A stretch of 35,569 nt of DNA from Spirochaetota bacterium (GTDB lineage: Bacteria > Spirochaetota > UBA4802 > UBA5550). The position numbers and the translations under genes were made by a program. This document shows, piece by piece, positions 6,966-16,261 of this stretch. The stretch covers positions 1 through 35,569 of the forward strand of contig JBNKTL010000051.1 in the NCBI GenBank assembly GCA_050298055.1, in the 5' to 3' direction. How positions within the stretch are numbered: position 1 is the first letter of the stretch; each line of letters starts with the position of its first letter. The notes beneath the pieces are model-generated. The model saw only the letters and a program-made list of their open reading frames with translations. It was not told where the DNA came from and ran no database searches.

Positions 6966-9749
6966 ATGAACAGAATAAAGACCAGGAACAGGAGAAAGCT
7001 CCTGCTGGAATATCTGCCTCTTCACACTGCTCAGGAATCACTTGAAAAACTTGTAAGTGAAAATAAAATTCACCGCCTGAGATACAATAATATTAAAACC
7101 GTGATTATTCAATCATCGGTCCCTGTTGAACCGTCAATATATATCAGGCTTATTAACGAATTCGCGCGCCTGGGCTTTGACGTTAAGACCAACCACCTTG
7201 ATTCACTGGACCATGATGAGCTGGATACAATCAGGCTGCAGGTCCGGGAAATCCATGAAAGCCTGAAACAGGGAAGCTGCCTCATTATTTCATACGGCAG
7301 AAGCCATGCGCTGCCGCTCATCTGTTCATTTTTTATCTTCTCAGGATACAGTATCGATGACGCAATAGAACTCTCAAACAGGCTTAATTCCCATCTCTCC
7401 CTGAATGAACTGGAAGAGTCCTTTCTTTATTCCTTCCATGAGTATATCCTGAATAATAATTTCAACGGGTATGGAATAAAAATAAAGGACGGCCTCAATA
7501 ACAGATCTCTCGTTGAAGAAAGGGTCCCTTTAGAACCTCTCAGGAAGGAGGACTCTGAAGCGCCGGGCCATTCTGAGACAGCAGAAACAGCAGCAGAAAT
7601 CACCGGGGAAGAAAAGGCAATTCCCGGGAATGAAGATTTCCTTATCGATGAGAACAACCTTATTCCCATTGATATAAGCGATGGATTTGAAGAGAGTGAA
7701 GACTTTTCAGAAGTTGAAAATGTAGCCGTGGTAAGCGAAAAAATACCCGGCGTTGAAACGGAACCGGAAGAAATTACAAAAACCGAAGAACCTCCCGCAA
7801 GACGATATGAAGACACTGAGATGGCCGGCGGGGAAGACCATCCCGCTGATCTTGACCGTCTTACGCCTGTTGAAACCGGACCTTTCTATAAATCAATAAG
7901 GTTCAAACTTGTTTCAATTATTTCAGTGATCATAATCGCGTCTCTTACGGGTATGATATTTCTCGCGTCATTTTTCTTTAAGCAGGACAACACCATTCGC
8001 GTAAATGAGAACATCCACAAGATTGCCGAACTCGTCGCGTTGAAAGCTTCCTCTGACATCAATACACTGGTGGACAAATCCAGGTTTCTCATATCTGCAA
8101 GGGAAAAAGAAAAAGGAAAAGCCGGATATGGTGACGCGGAAAAATCTCTCAATGAGGACAGGGACATTATTTTTATCGGTATAACGGAGAAGAGAGTAAA
8201 AAGCGGCCCCATGAGCTTCAGCAATATTCTGTTTAACAAAACTCTCCTTGCCCGGATGCAGGTCATTGAAAACGATATTAAAAATGCCCTTACAGTAAGC
8301 AGCGGTGATTTAATGAACGCCTTTGACGGTGACAGGCTGATACAGAACATGTCCCAGGGCTTTGAAGGTCCTGTGGTCGGCTTAAGTGTTCCCTATCAGC
8401 AGAATGAGAACAGGGAAGTGCTTTCCGTCCTGGTCATCGTTGTAAAATTTGATGACCTGGCAAAGACCTTCAAGACCTCGGGTATTATTAACCCGGTCAT
8501 GGTAAACGACAGGGGAGATATCATCGGTCATCCCGACAGTAAGCTCATAAGCTCCGGGAGCAACTGGAGAGACTACCCTCTTGTGAAACTCATGATGGAA
8601 AGCAGGCTGAATAATCAACAGAAAAGATACCAGGATGAAAAGGGGGACACGTTCCTGGGATCATTCTATAAAATCGGTTTCGGCGGCGCCGGTGTGATCG
8701 CCTATACAAAAGAAAAGACGGCACTGCAGGAGGTCTACAATATCCAGAGGCGTAACCTCTACCTGATGATCGCGGTCCTTTCAAGCGCCGTAATCATTGT
8801 CTTCTTCTTCGGAAAGTCCCTGACACAGCCGATCATCAGGCTCCTCAAAGCCACAAATTATATAAAAGAAGGCCAGTACAGGGTCAACATTAAGCCCTCC
8901 ACCAATGATGAGATCGGCCAGCTTACCGCGTCATTTATTGAAATGGGAAAAGGCCTTGAGGAGAGGGAGAAGATGAAGGACGCCTTCGGGAAATTTGTTA
9001 ACAAGGAGATCGCTGACAGGGTCCTCAGCGGCGAGATCAGGCTGGGAGGTGAAAAGAAGACCGCTGCGGTGTTCTTTTCGGATATACGGTCTTTTACCGC
9101 GATATCGGAAAAACTTGATCCGGAAGAAGTTGTTGAATTTCTCAATGACTACATGACAAGAATGGTCCGGTGTGTAAATGAAACAGAGGGCGTTGTTGAC
9201 AAGTATATCGGTGACGCCATCATGGCCGAGTGGGGAGTTCCCATTTCCAAAGGGAATGATACGGAAAGAGCAATAAACGCGGCGCTTATGATGAGAAAGG
9301 AACTCATGGAGTTTAATAAAGGGCGCGGCGGGGATAAGAAACCGGTTATTAAGATAGGCTGCGGGATCAATACCGGCCCGGTGCTTGCCGGGCAGATAGG
9401 ATCCGAGGACAGGATGGAATATACGGTTATCGGTGATGCCGTAAACCTCGCATCAAGAATTGAAACCCTGAACAAGCCTTTCGGGACAGATATCCTTATC
9501 AGCCAGGATTCCTATAAACTTGTCAGGGATATATTTTATTTCGAAAAGATGTCACCCATCAGTGTGAAAGGAAAATCTGAAAAGCAGCAGATATATGCGG
9601 TGCTCGGGAGAAAAGATGATCCTGAAGCTCCAAAGACAATAGATGAAATGAGATCAAGACTGGGACTGCAGATGACGGATTTCAAGAGACGAAGTTCGGA
9701 TAATGATGAACCTGAAGAGGAAATCAAGTATGAGATTTTTGACAGCTGA
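6966..9749 (+). CDS. Class III adenylate cyclase (2 TM, periplasmic Cache-like sensor, HAMP) with a ~300-aa N-terminal extension
   Basis: FFSDIRSFT, VDKYIGDAIMA, GINTG, EYTVIGDAVNLASRIE; the K and T residues indicate ATP specificity. HAMP motif ..NDEIGQL..; two hydrophobic helices. Confidence 0.93.
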   Translation: MNRIKTRNRRKLLLEYLPLHTAQESLEKLVSENKIHRLRYNNIKTVIIQSSVPVEPSIYIRLINEFARLGFDVKTNHLDSLDHDELDTIRLQVREIHESLKQGSCLIISYGRSHALPLICSFFIFSGYSIDDAIELSNRLNSHLSLNELEESFLYSFHEYILNNNFNGYGIKIKDGLNNRSLVEERVPLEPLRKEDSEAPGHSETAETAAEITGEEKAIPGNEDFLIDENNLIPIDISDGFEESEDFSEVENVAVVSEKIPGVETEPEEITKTEEPPARRYEDTEMAGGEDHPADLDRLTPVETGPFYKSIRFKLVSIISVIIIASLTGMIFLASFFFKQDNTIRVNENIHKIAELVALKASSDINTLVDKSRFLISAREKEKGKAGYGDAEKSLNEDRDIIFIGITEKRVKSGPMSFSNILFNKTLLARMQVIENDIKNALTVSSGDLMNAFDGDRLIQNMSQGFEGPVVGLSVPYQQNENREVLSVLVIVVKFDDLAKTFKTSGIINPVMVNDRGDIIGHPDSKLISSGSNWRDYPLVKLMMESRLNNQQKRYQDEKGDTFLGSFYKIGFGGAGVIAYTKEKTALQEVYNIQRRNLYLMIAVLSSAVIIVFFFGKSLTQPIIRLLKATNYIKEGQYRVNIKPSTNDEIGQLTASFIEMGKGLEEREKMKDAFGKFVNKEIADRVLSGEIRLGGEKKTAAVFFSDIRSFTAISEKLDPEEVVEFLNDYMTRMVRCVNETEGVVDKYIGDAIMAEWGVPISKGNDTERAINAALMMRKELMEFNKGRGGDKKPVIKIGCGINTGPVLAGQIGSEDRMEYTVIGDAVNLASRIETLNKPFGTDILISQDSYKLVRDIFYFEKMSPISVKGKSEKQQIYAVLGRKDDPEAPKTIDEMRSRLGLQMTDFKRRSSDNDEPEEEIKYEIFDS

Positions 9750-11883
9750 TTTTCTCGTTCCCTTCATCGGCGCCACGGCAATTATTATCTCATTATCGCT
9801 CTTCTACGTTGACTATACAAAGAAAGTTGATGCCGGTAATCTCGAAGAAGTAGGTGTTATTACATTTAAAAGGCTGGTTGCTCAGAGAAAATACAGCAAA
9901 CAGGTGGTCTGGGAAGAAGTTCAGACAAACACACCGGTATTTAACAACGATGCCATAAGAACCGCGGAAAAGTCGGACGCGGTTATCCGGCTCAATGACG
10001 GGACCGAGATAAAGCTTGCGGAAAGCAGCCTCATCGTCCTCAGCTTCGCGAAAGAAGAGTTTGATATTCAGTTTAAAAAGGGCGAAGTCCTGGCAAACCG
10101 GGACAACGTCACTGATCCCAACGCGAAGAAGCTTAACATATCATCAGCCGGGACAAAAGTCTCACTTACGAAAGGCGACCTGAGTCTTTCCGGTGAAGGA
10201 AATGACCTTGATATCACCGTTTCCAAAGGCAACGCCAGTATAAACGCGGCGGGAATCAACAGGGTCCTGGGAGAAAACCAGAAGGCTGTTGTAGGGGGAG
10301 ACAAACTGGACCTTGTTGAACTCAACCTTAAACTTATCAGTCCCCTGCCACACAAGTATTATCTTACAACCACAAAATCAAAGAATATAAATTTCACCTG
10401 GGAAAAGGTCAGGGAAAATGTGGGCCTCTTTTTTGAGGTTTCCGCCGGGAGGAAATTCGACCGCTTTATTACAAAAAGACCGGTAAAGGGCACTTCGGTT
10501 TCTCTTAATCTTGGAACCGGGAGCTACTACTGGAGGATCAGGGGAGTAAACAGAAAGACAAAGAAAATATCATACAGTGAATCACGAAGGTTATCACTCG
10601 TTTCTGAAAAACCTGTTATCCTTATCGCCCCGAGAAATAATACGAGAATATCATACAAGTCCGAGATGCCCCCGGTAACCTTCAAATGGATAAAAAGCCA
10701 GGTCGCATCATCATACGACCTCACCATAGCACGTGACCCGGAAATGAAAACCCCGCTGAAAAATATCAGCATGACCGGAACCCGGCTGCTTATCTCAGAC
10801 CTGCCCGGGGGAACATATTACTGGAGAGTTAACACAAAAACACGGCTTGGGGGAGAGGAATTTCTCTCGTCCAGCAATATCAATAAATTTGTCATCAACC
10901 GGAATCTCCAGGTTGAACCGCCTGTTCTCATTTATCCTCCGGACAATAACAGTATTAACCAGCTTGTTCTGGCGAGGAAAAATATAACATTCACATGGAG
11001 AAAAAATCCTGAAATTGAAAAAACCCTATTCGCTATCGCCCGGGACAATGAATTTAAAAGCGTTATATTCTCATCAGAAAGTAAAAACACCTTTAACAGG
11101 TTTCAGAAGGAACTCCCCCTGGGCAACTATTTCTGGCGCGTATCCGGGTACACAAAGGATGATGATAAACCCGTGAACTCCCCCGTAAGAAAGTTTGCGG
11201 TAACAAAGCCGGATAAACTCAAACTCTTAGATCCGAAACCATATTTCCTGGCAGTCCCCGATGGAGAAAAAAAGCTGCCTGATATACGGTTTAGCTGGGA
11301 CAGGACCGGGCTTAAGGGCGCATACAACCTGCAGATATCCAATAATGAGGGCTTCAGCAGCATTTACAGGCAGGAAAAGCTGCCCACCCTGTCCGGAACA
11401 ATTACAAACGTTGATCCGGGAAGGTACTTCTGGCGGGTTGAGTTCTACGATGAAGAAGGTATGAAGGTAATGACCAGCCCGGCCCGTGTGATCTCAGTCA
11501 TTGGAAATTTAGCAGGACCGCAAGTCATTACGCCGGGAGATGGAAACGATGTTGACATGAGTACAAGCAATGAATTGTCCCTTAAATGGAAAGGAATAGC
11601 CGGTGCCGACTACTATAAGCTTGAGCTGTACAAGAAAAAAAACGGCAGAACATACAGTCTTGTTGATACAACAGTGAAAGACACAGAGTTTTTATTCAAA
11701 GATTTCATGAAACTCGAAGAGGGTCTGTTTTACTGGACCCTCCAGGCGGTGGACCTGGACAAGAACAGGAAAATCATCAGAAGAAGTCCCGTAGTAAAAA
11801 ACTCCTTTAGAATTTCTTTGAAAAACAAAAACAGCGATGATATGAAAAGGATAAAACTGCCGGGTGTTTTGATCCTTGAATAA
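9730..11883 (+). CDS. FecR-domain protein with multiple Fn3/Ig-like repeats
   Basis: N-terminal TM helix, FecR-like DAIRT..SDAVIRLNDGTEIKLAESS, and repeated LxxP...FxW...GxYYWRV units. The likely start is ATG 9730, overlapping the cyclase stop; the ORF track starts at 9703. Confidence 0.85.
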   Translation: MRFLTADFLVPFIGATAIIISLSLFYVDYTKKVDAGNLEEVGVITFKRLVAQRKYSKQVVWEEVQTNTPVFNNDAIRTAEKSDAVIRLNDGTEIKLAESSLIVLSFAKEEFDIQFKKGEVLANRDNVTDPNAKKLNISSAGTKVSLTKGDLSLSGEGNDLDITVSKGNASINAAGINRVLGENQKAVVGGDKLDLVELNLKLISPLPHKYYLTTTKSKNINFTWEKVRENVGLFFEVSAGRKFDRFITKRPVKGTSVSLNLGTGSYYWRIRGVNRKTKKISYSESRRLSLVSEKPVILIAPRNNTRISYKSEMPPVTFKWIKSQVASSYDLTIARDPEMKTPLKNISMTGTRLLISDLPGGTYYWRVNTKTRLGGEEFLSSSNINKFVINRNLQVEPPVLIYPPDNNSINQLVLARKNITFTWRKNPEIEKTLFAIARDNEFKSVIFSSESKNTFNRFQKELPLGNYFWRVSGYTKDDDKPVNSPVRKFAVTKPDKLKLLDPKPYFLAVPDGEKKLPDIRFSWDRTGLKGAYNLQISNNEGFSSIYRQEKLPTLSGTITNVDPGRYFWRVEFYDEEGMKVMTSPARVISVIGNLAGPQVITPGDGNDVDMSTSNELSLKWKGIAGADYYKLELYKKKNGRTYSLVDTTVKDTEFLFKDFMKLEEGLFYWTLQAVDLDKNRKIIRRSPVVKNSFRISLKNKNSDDMKRIKLPGVLILE

Positions 11884-11925
11884 TATCATGGGTACCATTA
11901 TCAAAAGTCATTTATCGATGTCCCC

Positions 11926-12807
11926 TTATATCCGCACTCCCAGCATCCCGTAATATCTTATAGACTTGAGCCGATAGTCGATATAACTGGTGAGAAAATA
12001 ATCAACCCCTGTTTCCAGGAAAAAGTAGCGCATAAATGAAAATTCAAGAGAGACTCCCCCTTTGAAGTAAGGATCATTTGAAGTAATTGATGTTTTCTCA
12101 GGGAGTGTATAATAGGTGAACTCGGACTGCACTGCTCCTCCCCCTGCCCTCACAATAATGTTCAGAGGGAAATCAAAGTTTGTTGTAAAAAAGAGATTTC
12201 CCCCCACATACAGGCCTGTCATGTCTGTGGTCCGCTGCCCCGGTATATTTTTCCCTTTATACTGAATGGAACTCCCTTCAATCTCCACTCCCAGGTAGCG
12301 CAGAAATCCCATATACTTGATCTTCTTTGAAGGCTGAAAAAGGATAAAATCACCGAAATTAAAACCAAACTTCCCCGTATACGCTTTGTATGTATTATTG
12401 AAGGGAACATCCCATGAACTTAAAAACTGGATGTACGATACTCCGGCACTGATCTTAATGCCAAGATTAAAAGCAGTATGTCTTTTGGCTTCTTTTATCC
12501 TTATCTCCGTCTTCTGCCAGTCTGACCAGGCTGTGAGTTTCTCAAACCTGTCATATGCTCCGATTCTAATACTGTAGTTCCCGGGGGGCAGATGAAACTC
12601 AATACTGTTCTTAATCACCCTTCTTTTCAGAACGACACTGCCTTTCTCATCCTTGATTTCAACCTCGTAGGCAATTGCCCAGTCAATTGATTCCCATGTA
12701 AAGTCAACCTTTGTGGAATTCCCCGGGTTCTCCCGTGAATGGACACCGGGGCTAACGCTCATAAGGAAAAGAAGGATGACTAATATGTATCTTGATATAT
12801 ATTTCAT
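11926..12807 (-). CDS. Exported protein: Fn3-like domain plus small outer-membrane beta-barrel
   Basis: Signal peptide; FTW...YEVEI...PGNYSIRIGAYD...WSDW Fn3 motif; amphipathic beta strands ending YYGMLGVRI. Confidence 0.75.
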   Translation of the reverse strand: MKYISRYILVILLFLMSVSPGVHSRENPGNSTKVDFTWESIDWAIAYEVEIKDEKGSVVLKRRVIKNSIEFHLPPGNYSIRIGAYDRFEKLTAWSDWQKTEIRIKEAKRHTAFNLGIKISAGVSYIQFLSSWDVPFNNTYKAYTGKFGFNFGDFILFQPSKKIKYMGFLRYLGVEIEGSSIQYKGKNIPGQRTTDMTGLYVGGNLFFTTNFDFPLNIIVRAGGGAVQSEFTYYTLPEKTSITSNDPYFKGGVSLEFSFMRYFFLETGVDYFLTSYIDYRLKSIRYYGMLGVRI

Positions 12808-12980
12808 ACTTAATTAATATCTATATGATATAAAAATATGCAATAAACTTTTTCAACTAATTATAGAAATCATTTATTTTCAAATATATTCCGGGACTTG
12901 CCGGATAGCTCAAGCCCCTCTGGAGGATTTAGAGAAATGGCGAAAGTATTTATATTGACTTTAAGAAGTCCGCTAATTAA

Positions 12981-13014
12981 TAATTGACACGGATATTCAG
13001 ACCGTGTAATTAAT
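12981..13014. promoter_or_regulatory. Operator-like inverted repeat overlapping a TTGACA box upstream of the GNAT gene
   Basis: aattgACACGG-atattcaga-CCGTGTaatt, with TTGACA at 12984-12989. Confidence 0.35.
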
Positions 13015-13048
13015 AGTCCTTAATCAAACAGAAACCGGAGGAGAAGCG

Positions 13049-13576
13049 ATGAAACCCCTTGAAGCATGGCCCATGGAAGTTGACGACCTTAATGAGCTGA
13101 GGGACTGGCTCTGCGATGAAGAAGTTCATAAGAACCTCTACGATCTCTACTACCCTATGTCAACTGAAGACCTTGAAGAGTGGTTCCACAGTGAGAAGAT
13201 CAATGGGGCCCATATATTCAAGTACAGAGACAGCAAGGACCATGTGATCGGGATGGGCCTTGTCCATTACATCCACACGAAAAATATGTGCGGCGAACTC
13301 TCCCTTATTGTTAACCCGCCGGTTATGGGAAAGGGATACGGGACCCTGATTCTTGACCATGTGGTCCGGTACGGTTTTCATATACTCAACCTGAGAAAAC
13401 TTTTCCTTCACGCCGCGGAATTCAACAAGAGGATGATAACACTTGCGGAAAACAGGGGGTTTACTCTTGAAGGGACATTCAGAAAGGAGCTCTTCTATGC
13501 CGGCAACTACTACGATATATACCGGTTCGGCATGATGCACGATGAGTATGAAAGGAACCTTGTAGACCTTGCGTGA
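13049..13576 (+). CDS. GNAT family N-acetyltransferase (RimJ/RimL/SpeG-like)
   Basis: GKGYG acetyl-CoA motif, GFHILNLRKL, N.R...GF..EG..R; GGAGG RBS. Confidence 0.92.
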   Translation: MKPLEAWPMEVDDLNELRDWLCDEEVHKNLYDLYYPMSTEDLEEWFHSEKINGAHIFKYRDSKDHVIGMGLVHYIHTKNMCGELSLIVNPPVMGKGYGTLILDHVVRYGFHILNLRKLFLHAAEFNKRMITLAENRGFTLEGTFRKELFYAGNYYDIYRFGMMHDEYERNLVDLA

Positions 13577-13649
13577 TGCAGAATCCCGGTACTGCTATTT
13601 GAAATTAAACTTTTAATCCTTTTAAATCTGTCATTTACTATTATTTATC

Positions 13650-13789
13650 GTAACTACTCAGCTATAAGGCAAAATATGTATATATAATAAAAAACGAATA
13701 ATATGTGCCCGCCGCCGAAGGCGGCGGGCACATATCAGGTATATTTTGTTTATTAGTTCATCTTATTTCATGTATGGCAGAGTTGTTAC
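13650..13789. mobile_element. 140-bp MITE with 17-bp imperfect TIRs, central 16-bp hairpin and 8-bp target site duplication
   Basis: Left end GTAACTACTCAGCTATA versus reverse complement of right end GTAACAACTCTGCCATA (14/17). TATTTATC is repeated at 13642-13649 and 13790-13797. Perfect stem 13701-13716/13720-13735 with a GAA loop. Confidence 0.85.
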
Positions 13790-13804
13790 TATTTATCAAA
13801 AAGA

Positions 13805-13830
13805 TGGATTCCCGTTTATACGGGAATGAC
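13805..13830. repeat. REP-like 26-bp palindromic element
   Basis: TGGATTCCCGTTTATACGGGAATGAC; related copy at 927-952. Confidence 0.75.
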
Positions 13831-13934
13831 ATTAATGAGACTATTGTAAGGTAGATGCAGAGAAAAAAACAATAATTTTAAAAAACTTTTTATCAAATGC
13901 CTCCCCCGATCGTATCTATGATAAGGAGGCATTT

Positions 13935-14954
13935 ATGAAAAAACTCATCCTCTTACTTTTTTTCATTCACTTACTCACATTATCCCGACTCCATGCCGGT
14001 CTCCTCATAAACGAGATCGTTACAGGTTCAAGCTCTGACTGGGTGGAACTGAAACTTGCGGGCAGCGGGACCCGGAAGCTGGACATATCATCATACTATG
14101 TGACAATGTACTACGGTACAAACGAACCCCTGGCATCCGAACCGGTCACCATCTACAGCAGTGACAGGGCCGAGACCCCCTATGATGACAGGTTTGTTGT
14201 TGTCCACCTTACCGAATCGGGAATCGCCGATGAGACCGACAGAACAGGGGACACAAACCACAACGGGTATATCGATCTCTACTGCAACAACTACTATGGC
14301 AGTCTCTGGAACTCCGACGGTGTGGTCTCCCTGGATTCTGATGACGATCCGTCCAACGGCGGCATCCTGGACTTTGTTGCCTACTCAAACAGGGACGGGG
14401 AGCCCAATTCCACAATAGAATCGTATATTCTTGCCGCTTCGGGATCAGGGGAATGGAGCGATTGCCGGGTAAACGGAGTACAGGCCTGTTCGGCCGATAT
14501 CGGGGAAAGGGGTCTCGAACCCTTCATGTCCCTCTCCCGCGTATCGGAAAGTGACACCAATTCCGCCCGTGACTTTGCGGTGACCCGTTTCCAGACACCG
14601 GGCCGGGAGAACCGGCTGGCAGATCCCGGAAGCGGAAGGTCCCTTTTCAGGCTCAGGAAAAAACGGATCAGTATCATTCCCGGTCATCCGGAAAAGAGGA
14701 GAGGTGTGGTCCCCCTGGATATCAATTACAGCTGCAATATCCGGTTCAGGGTCTTCTCCGTTACCGGGAGGCTCCTCTACCAGTCACCTCTCTTCAGGGA
14801 TGTTCAGCCGGGAGGCTTCAGTGTCACCTGGCACCCGGGGAAGAGCAGAAGGACGCCAACCGGGCTCTATATCGGCGAGATTACCGCCGTGTCATCGGGC
14901 CTCAGGAGGTCTCACAGGAAGACCCTCTTCTTCGTCCTGAGCAGGTACAGATGA
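13935..14954 (+). CDS. Secreted lamin-tail-domain protein with C-terminal FlgD-Ig/T9SS-CTD-like domain
   Basis: AGGAGG RBS; signal peptide; LINEI...DWVEL and TPGREN lamin-tail motifs; Asp-rich Ca-loop-like segments; C-terminal VFSVTGRLL..W..PTGLYI. Confidence 0.75.
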   Translation: MKKLILLLFFIHLLTLSRLHAGLLINEIVTGSSSDWVELKLAGSGTRKLDISSYYVTMYYGTNEPLASEPVTIYSSDRAETPYDDRFVVVHLTESGIADETDRTGDTNHNGYIDLYCNNYYGSLWNSDGVVSLDSDDDPSNGGILDFVAYSNRDGEPNSTIESYILAASGSGEWSDCRVNGVQACSADIGERGLEPFMSLSRVSESDTNSARDFAVTRFQTPGRENRLADPGSGRSLFRLRKKRISIIPGHPEKRRGVVPLDINYSCNIRFRVFSVTGRLLYQSPLFRDVQPGGFSVTWHPGKSRRTPTGLYIGEITAVSSGLRRSHRKTLFFVLSRYR

Positions 14955-16261
14955 TTAAGATTCTTGCGGCCGCGTTTATCAGTAAGACCCTCCTGGCCTC
15001 CTTTGAGTACAGGCAAAGCAGCCCCCTGGCCCTTTTCCCCGGAAACCAGCCTGTTGTGGAAACAGTGGAACCTCTGCCGGGAATGAACCCGGCATTTCTT
15101 CCCCTATTCAAATTCCGGTATCTTTCATCATCGGCTTCCAATCCATACAGGATGGAGGGACTCTCCAGCGGTTCCCTGGCAGCAGGAGGAGGGACCGGGA
15201 CCCTCGGCCTCCAGGGATCATGGAGCAGGTTCGGGACAGCTTTCTATTCGGAGAACATCTTCAGGGCGGACGCGGGCTTTCAACCGGTCAGTTTTCTCTC
15301 CCTCGGTCTCGGGTACAGGTACTATCTGCTGGATATTTCAGTAGATGAGATATCCCTTGAGACCTCTCTCAGCGACGCGGCGGCATCTCTGCTTCTTGTT
15401 CCTTTCGATTTTCTTTTTATTTCATTCCAGCAGGAAAATATCTACTCCCTTACTCACCGGGAAAGAAGGGACCTCCTCTTCCCCGGTTCCGCGGCGGGTA
15501 TCGCGGTGAGTCCTTTCCGGGGTCTCCGGTTTTCCTATAATCTTGAAAAGACAGCCCCGGGCTATGTTAACAGTTTTTCACTCTCGGCCTCCCTCCTCTC
15601 CTTCTTCAGGGTAAAGGGCGGATATTCCCGGGAGACCTGTTCATACTCCGCGGCCGTATCGGTAAAGTACAGCCGTTACTCATTCTCTTACGGTTTCCGC
15701 TACCACTCATATCTCCGGGCAACCCACTCAATAGGATTGACCGTTTCCACAGAGACGGTCCCCTACCGGGGGATGAACTATCTTACATTAAAAGGGGACA
15801 GGAAGGATAAACCTGTAACGAAGATCGATATCAGGACCTGCAGCTGTGAAGAACTGAAAAAACTCCCCGCCGTGAGTGATACAATCGCGGAGAGGATAAT
15901 AAAATACAGGAAGATGATAGGCCCTGTTACGGAAAAGGCCCTTGTACAGGTGGGGATGCCTCCCGAGGACATCACTGTTTTCAGGGGATATATCTACGGC
16001 CTCGAGGAGTCCGGTGATTACAGGAAAAAAAAGAGGGGAAAACAGCGGACATACTACCCGTCCGGGAGAAAAAAAGAGCTTTATTCACGGAGAAGAGTTT
16101 TCAGAAAACTCATGGCCACCGGTATCGGCGCAACCGCTTCATTGAGGATCTCCGAGATGTATGTCTCCGGAAAGAGAAAAGAGATCGCTGCTTACCTTAA
16201 ATCCCTTCCCTCACTGACCCCGAAAAAGAGAAAAGAGATACTTTCTTTATGCAAAAAGTGA
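14951..16261 (+). CDS. Outer-membrane beta-barrel (PorV/PorP/FadL-like NPA motif) fused to a ComEA-like helix-hairpin-helix domain and basic tail
   Basis: MNPAFL, SRFGTAFYSE and alternating beta strands, then IDIRTCSCEELKKLPAVSDTIAERIIKYRKMIGP. ATGA overlap with the upstream gene. Confidence 0.7.
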   Translation: MIKILAAAFISKTLLASFEYRQSSPLALFPGNQPVVETVEPLPGMNPAFLPLFKFRYLSSSASNPYRMEGLSSGSLAAGGGTGTLGLQGSWSRFGTAFYSENIFRADAGFQPVSFLSLGLGYRYYLLDISVDEISLETSLSDAAASLLLVPFDFLFISFQQENIYSLTHRERRDLLFPGSAAGIAVSPFRGLRFSYNLEKTAPGYVNSFSLSASLLSFFRVKGGYSRETCSYSAAVSVKYSRYSFSYGFRYHSYLRATHSIGLTVSTETVPYRGMNYLTLKGDRKDKPVTKIDIRTCSCEELKKLPAVSDTIAERIIKYRKMIGPVTEKALVQVGMPPEDITVFRGYIYGLEESGDYRKKKRGKQRTYYPSGRKKELYSRRRVFRKLMATGIGATASLRISEMYVSGKRKEIAAYLKSLPSLTPKKRKEILSLCKK

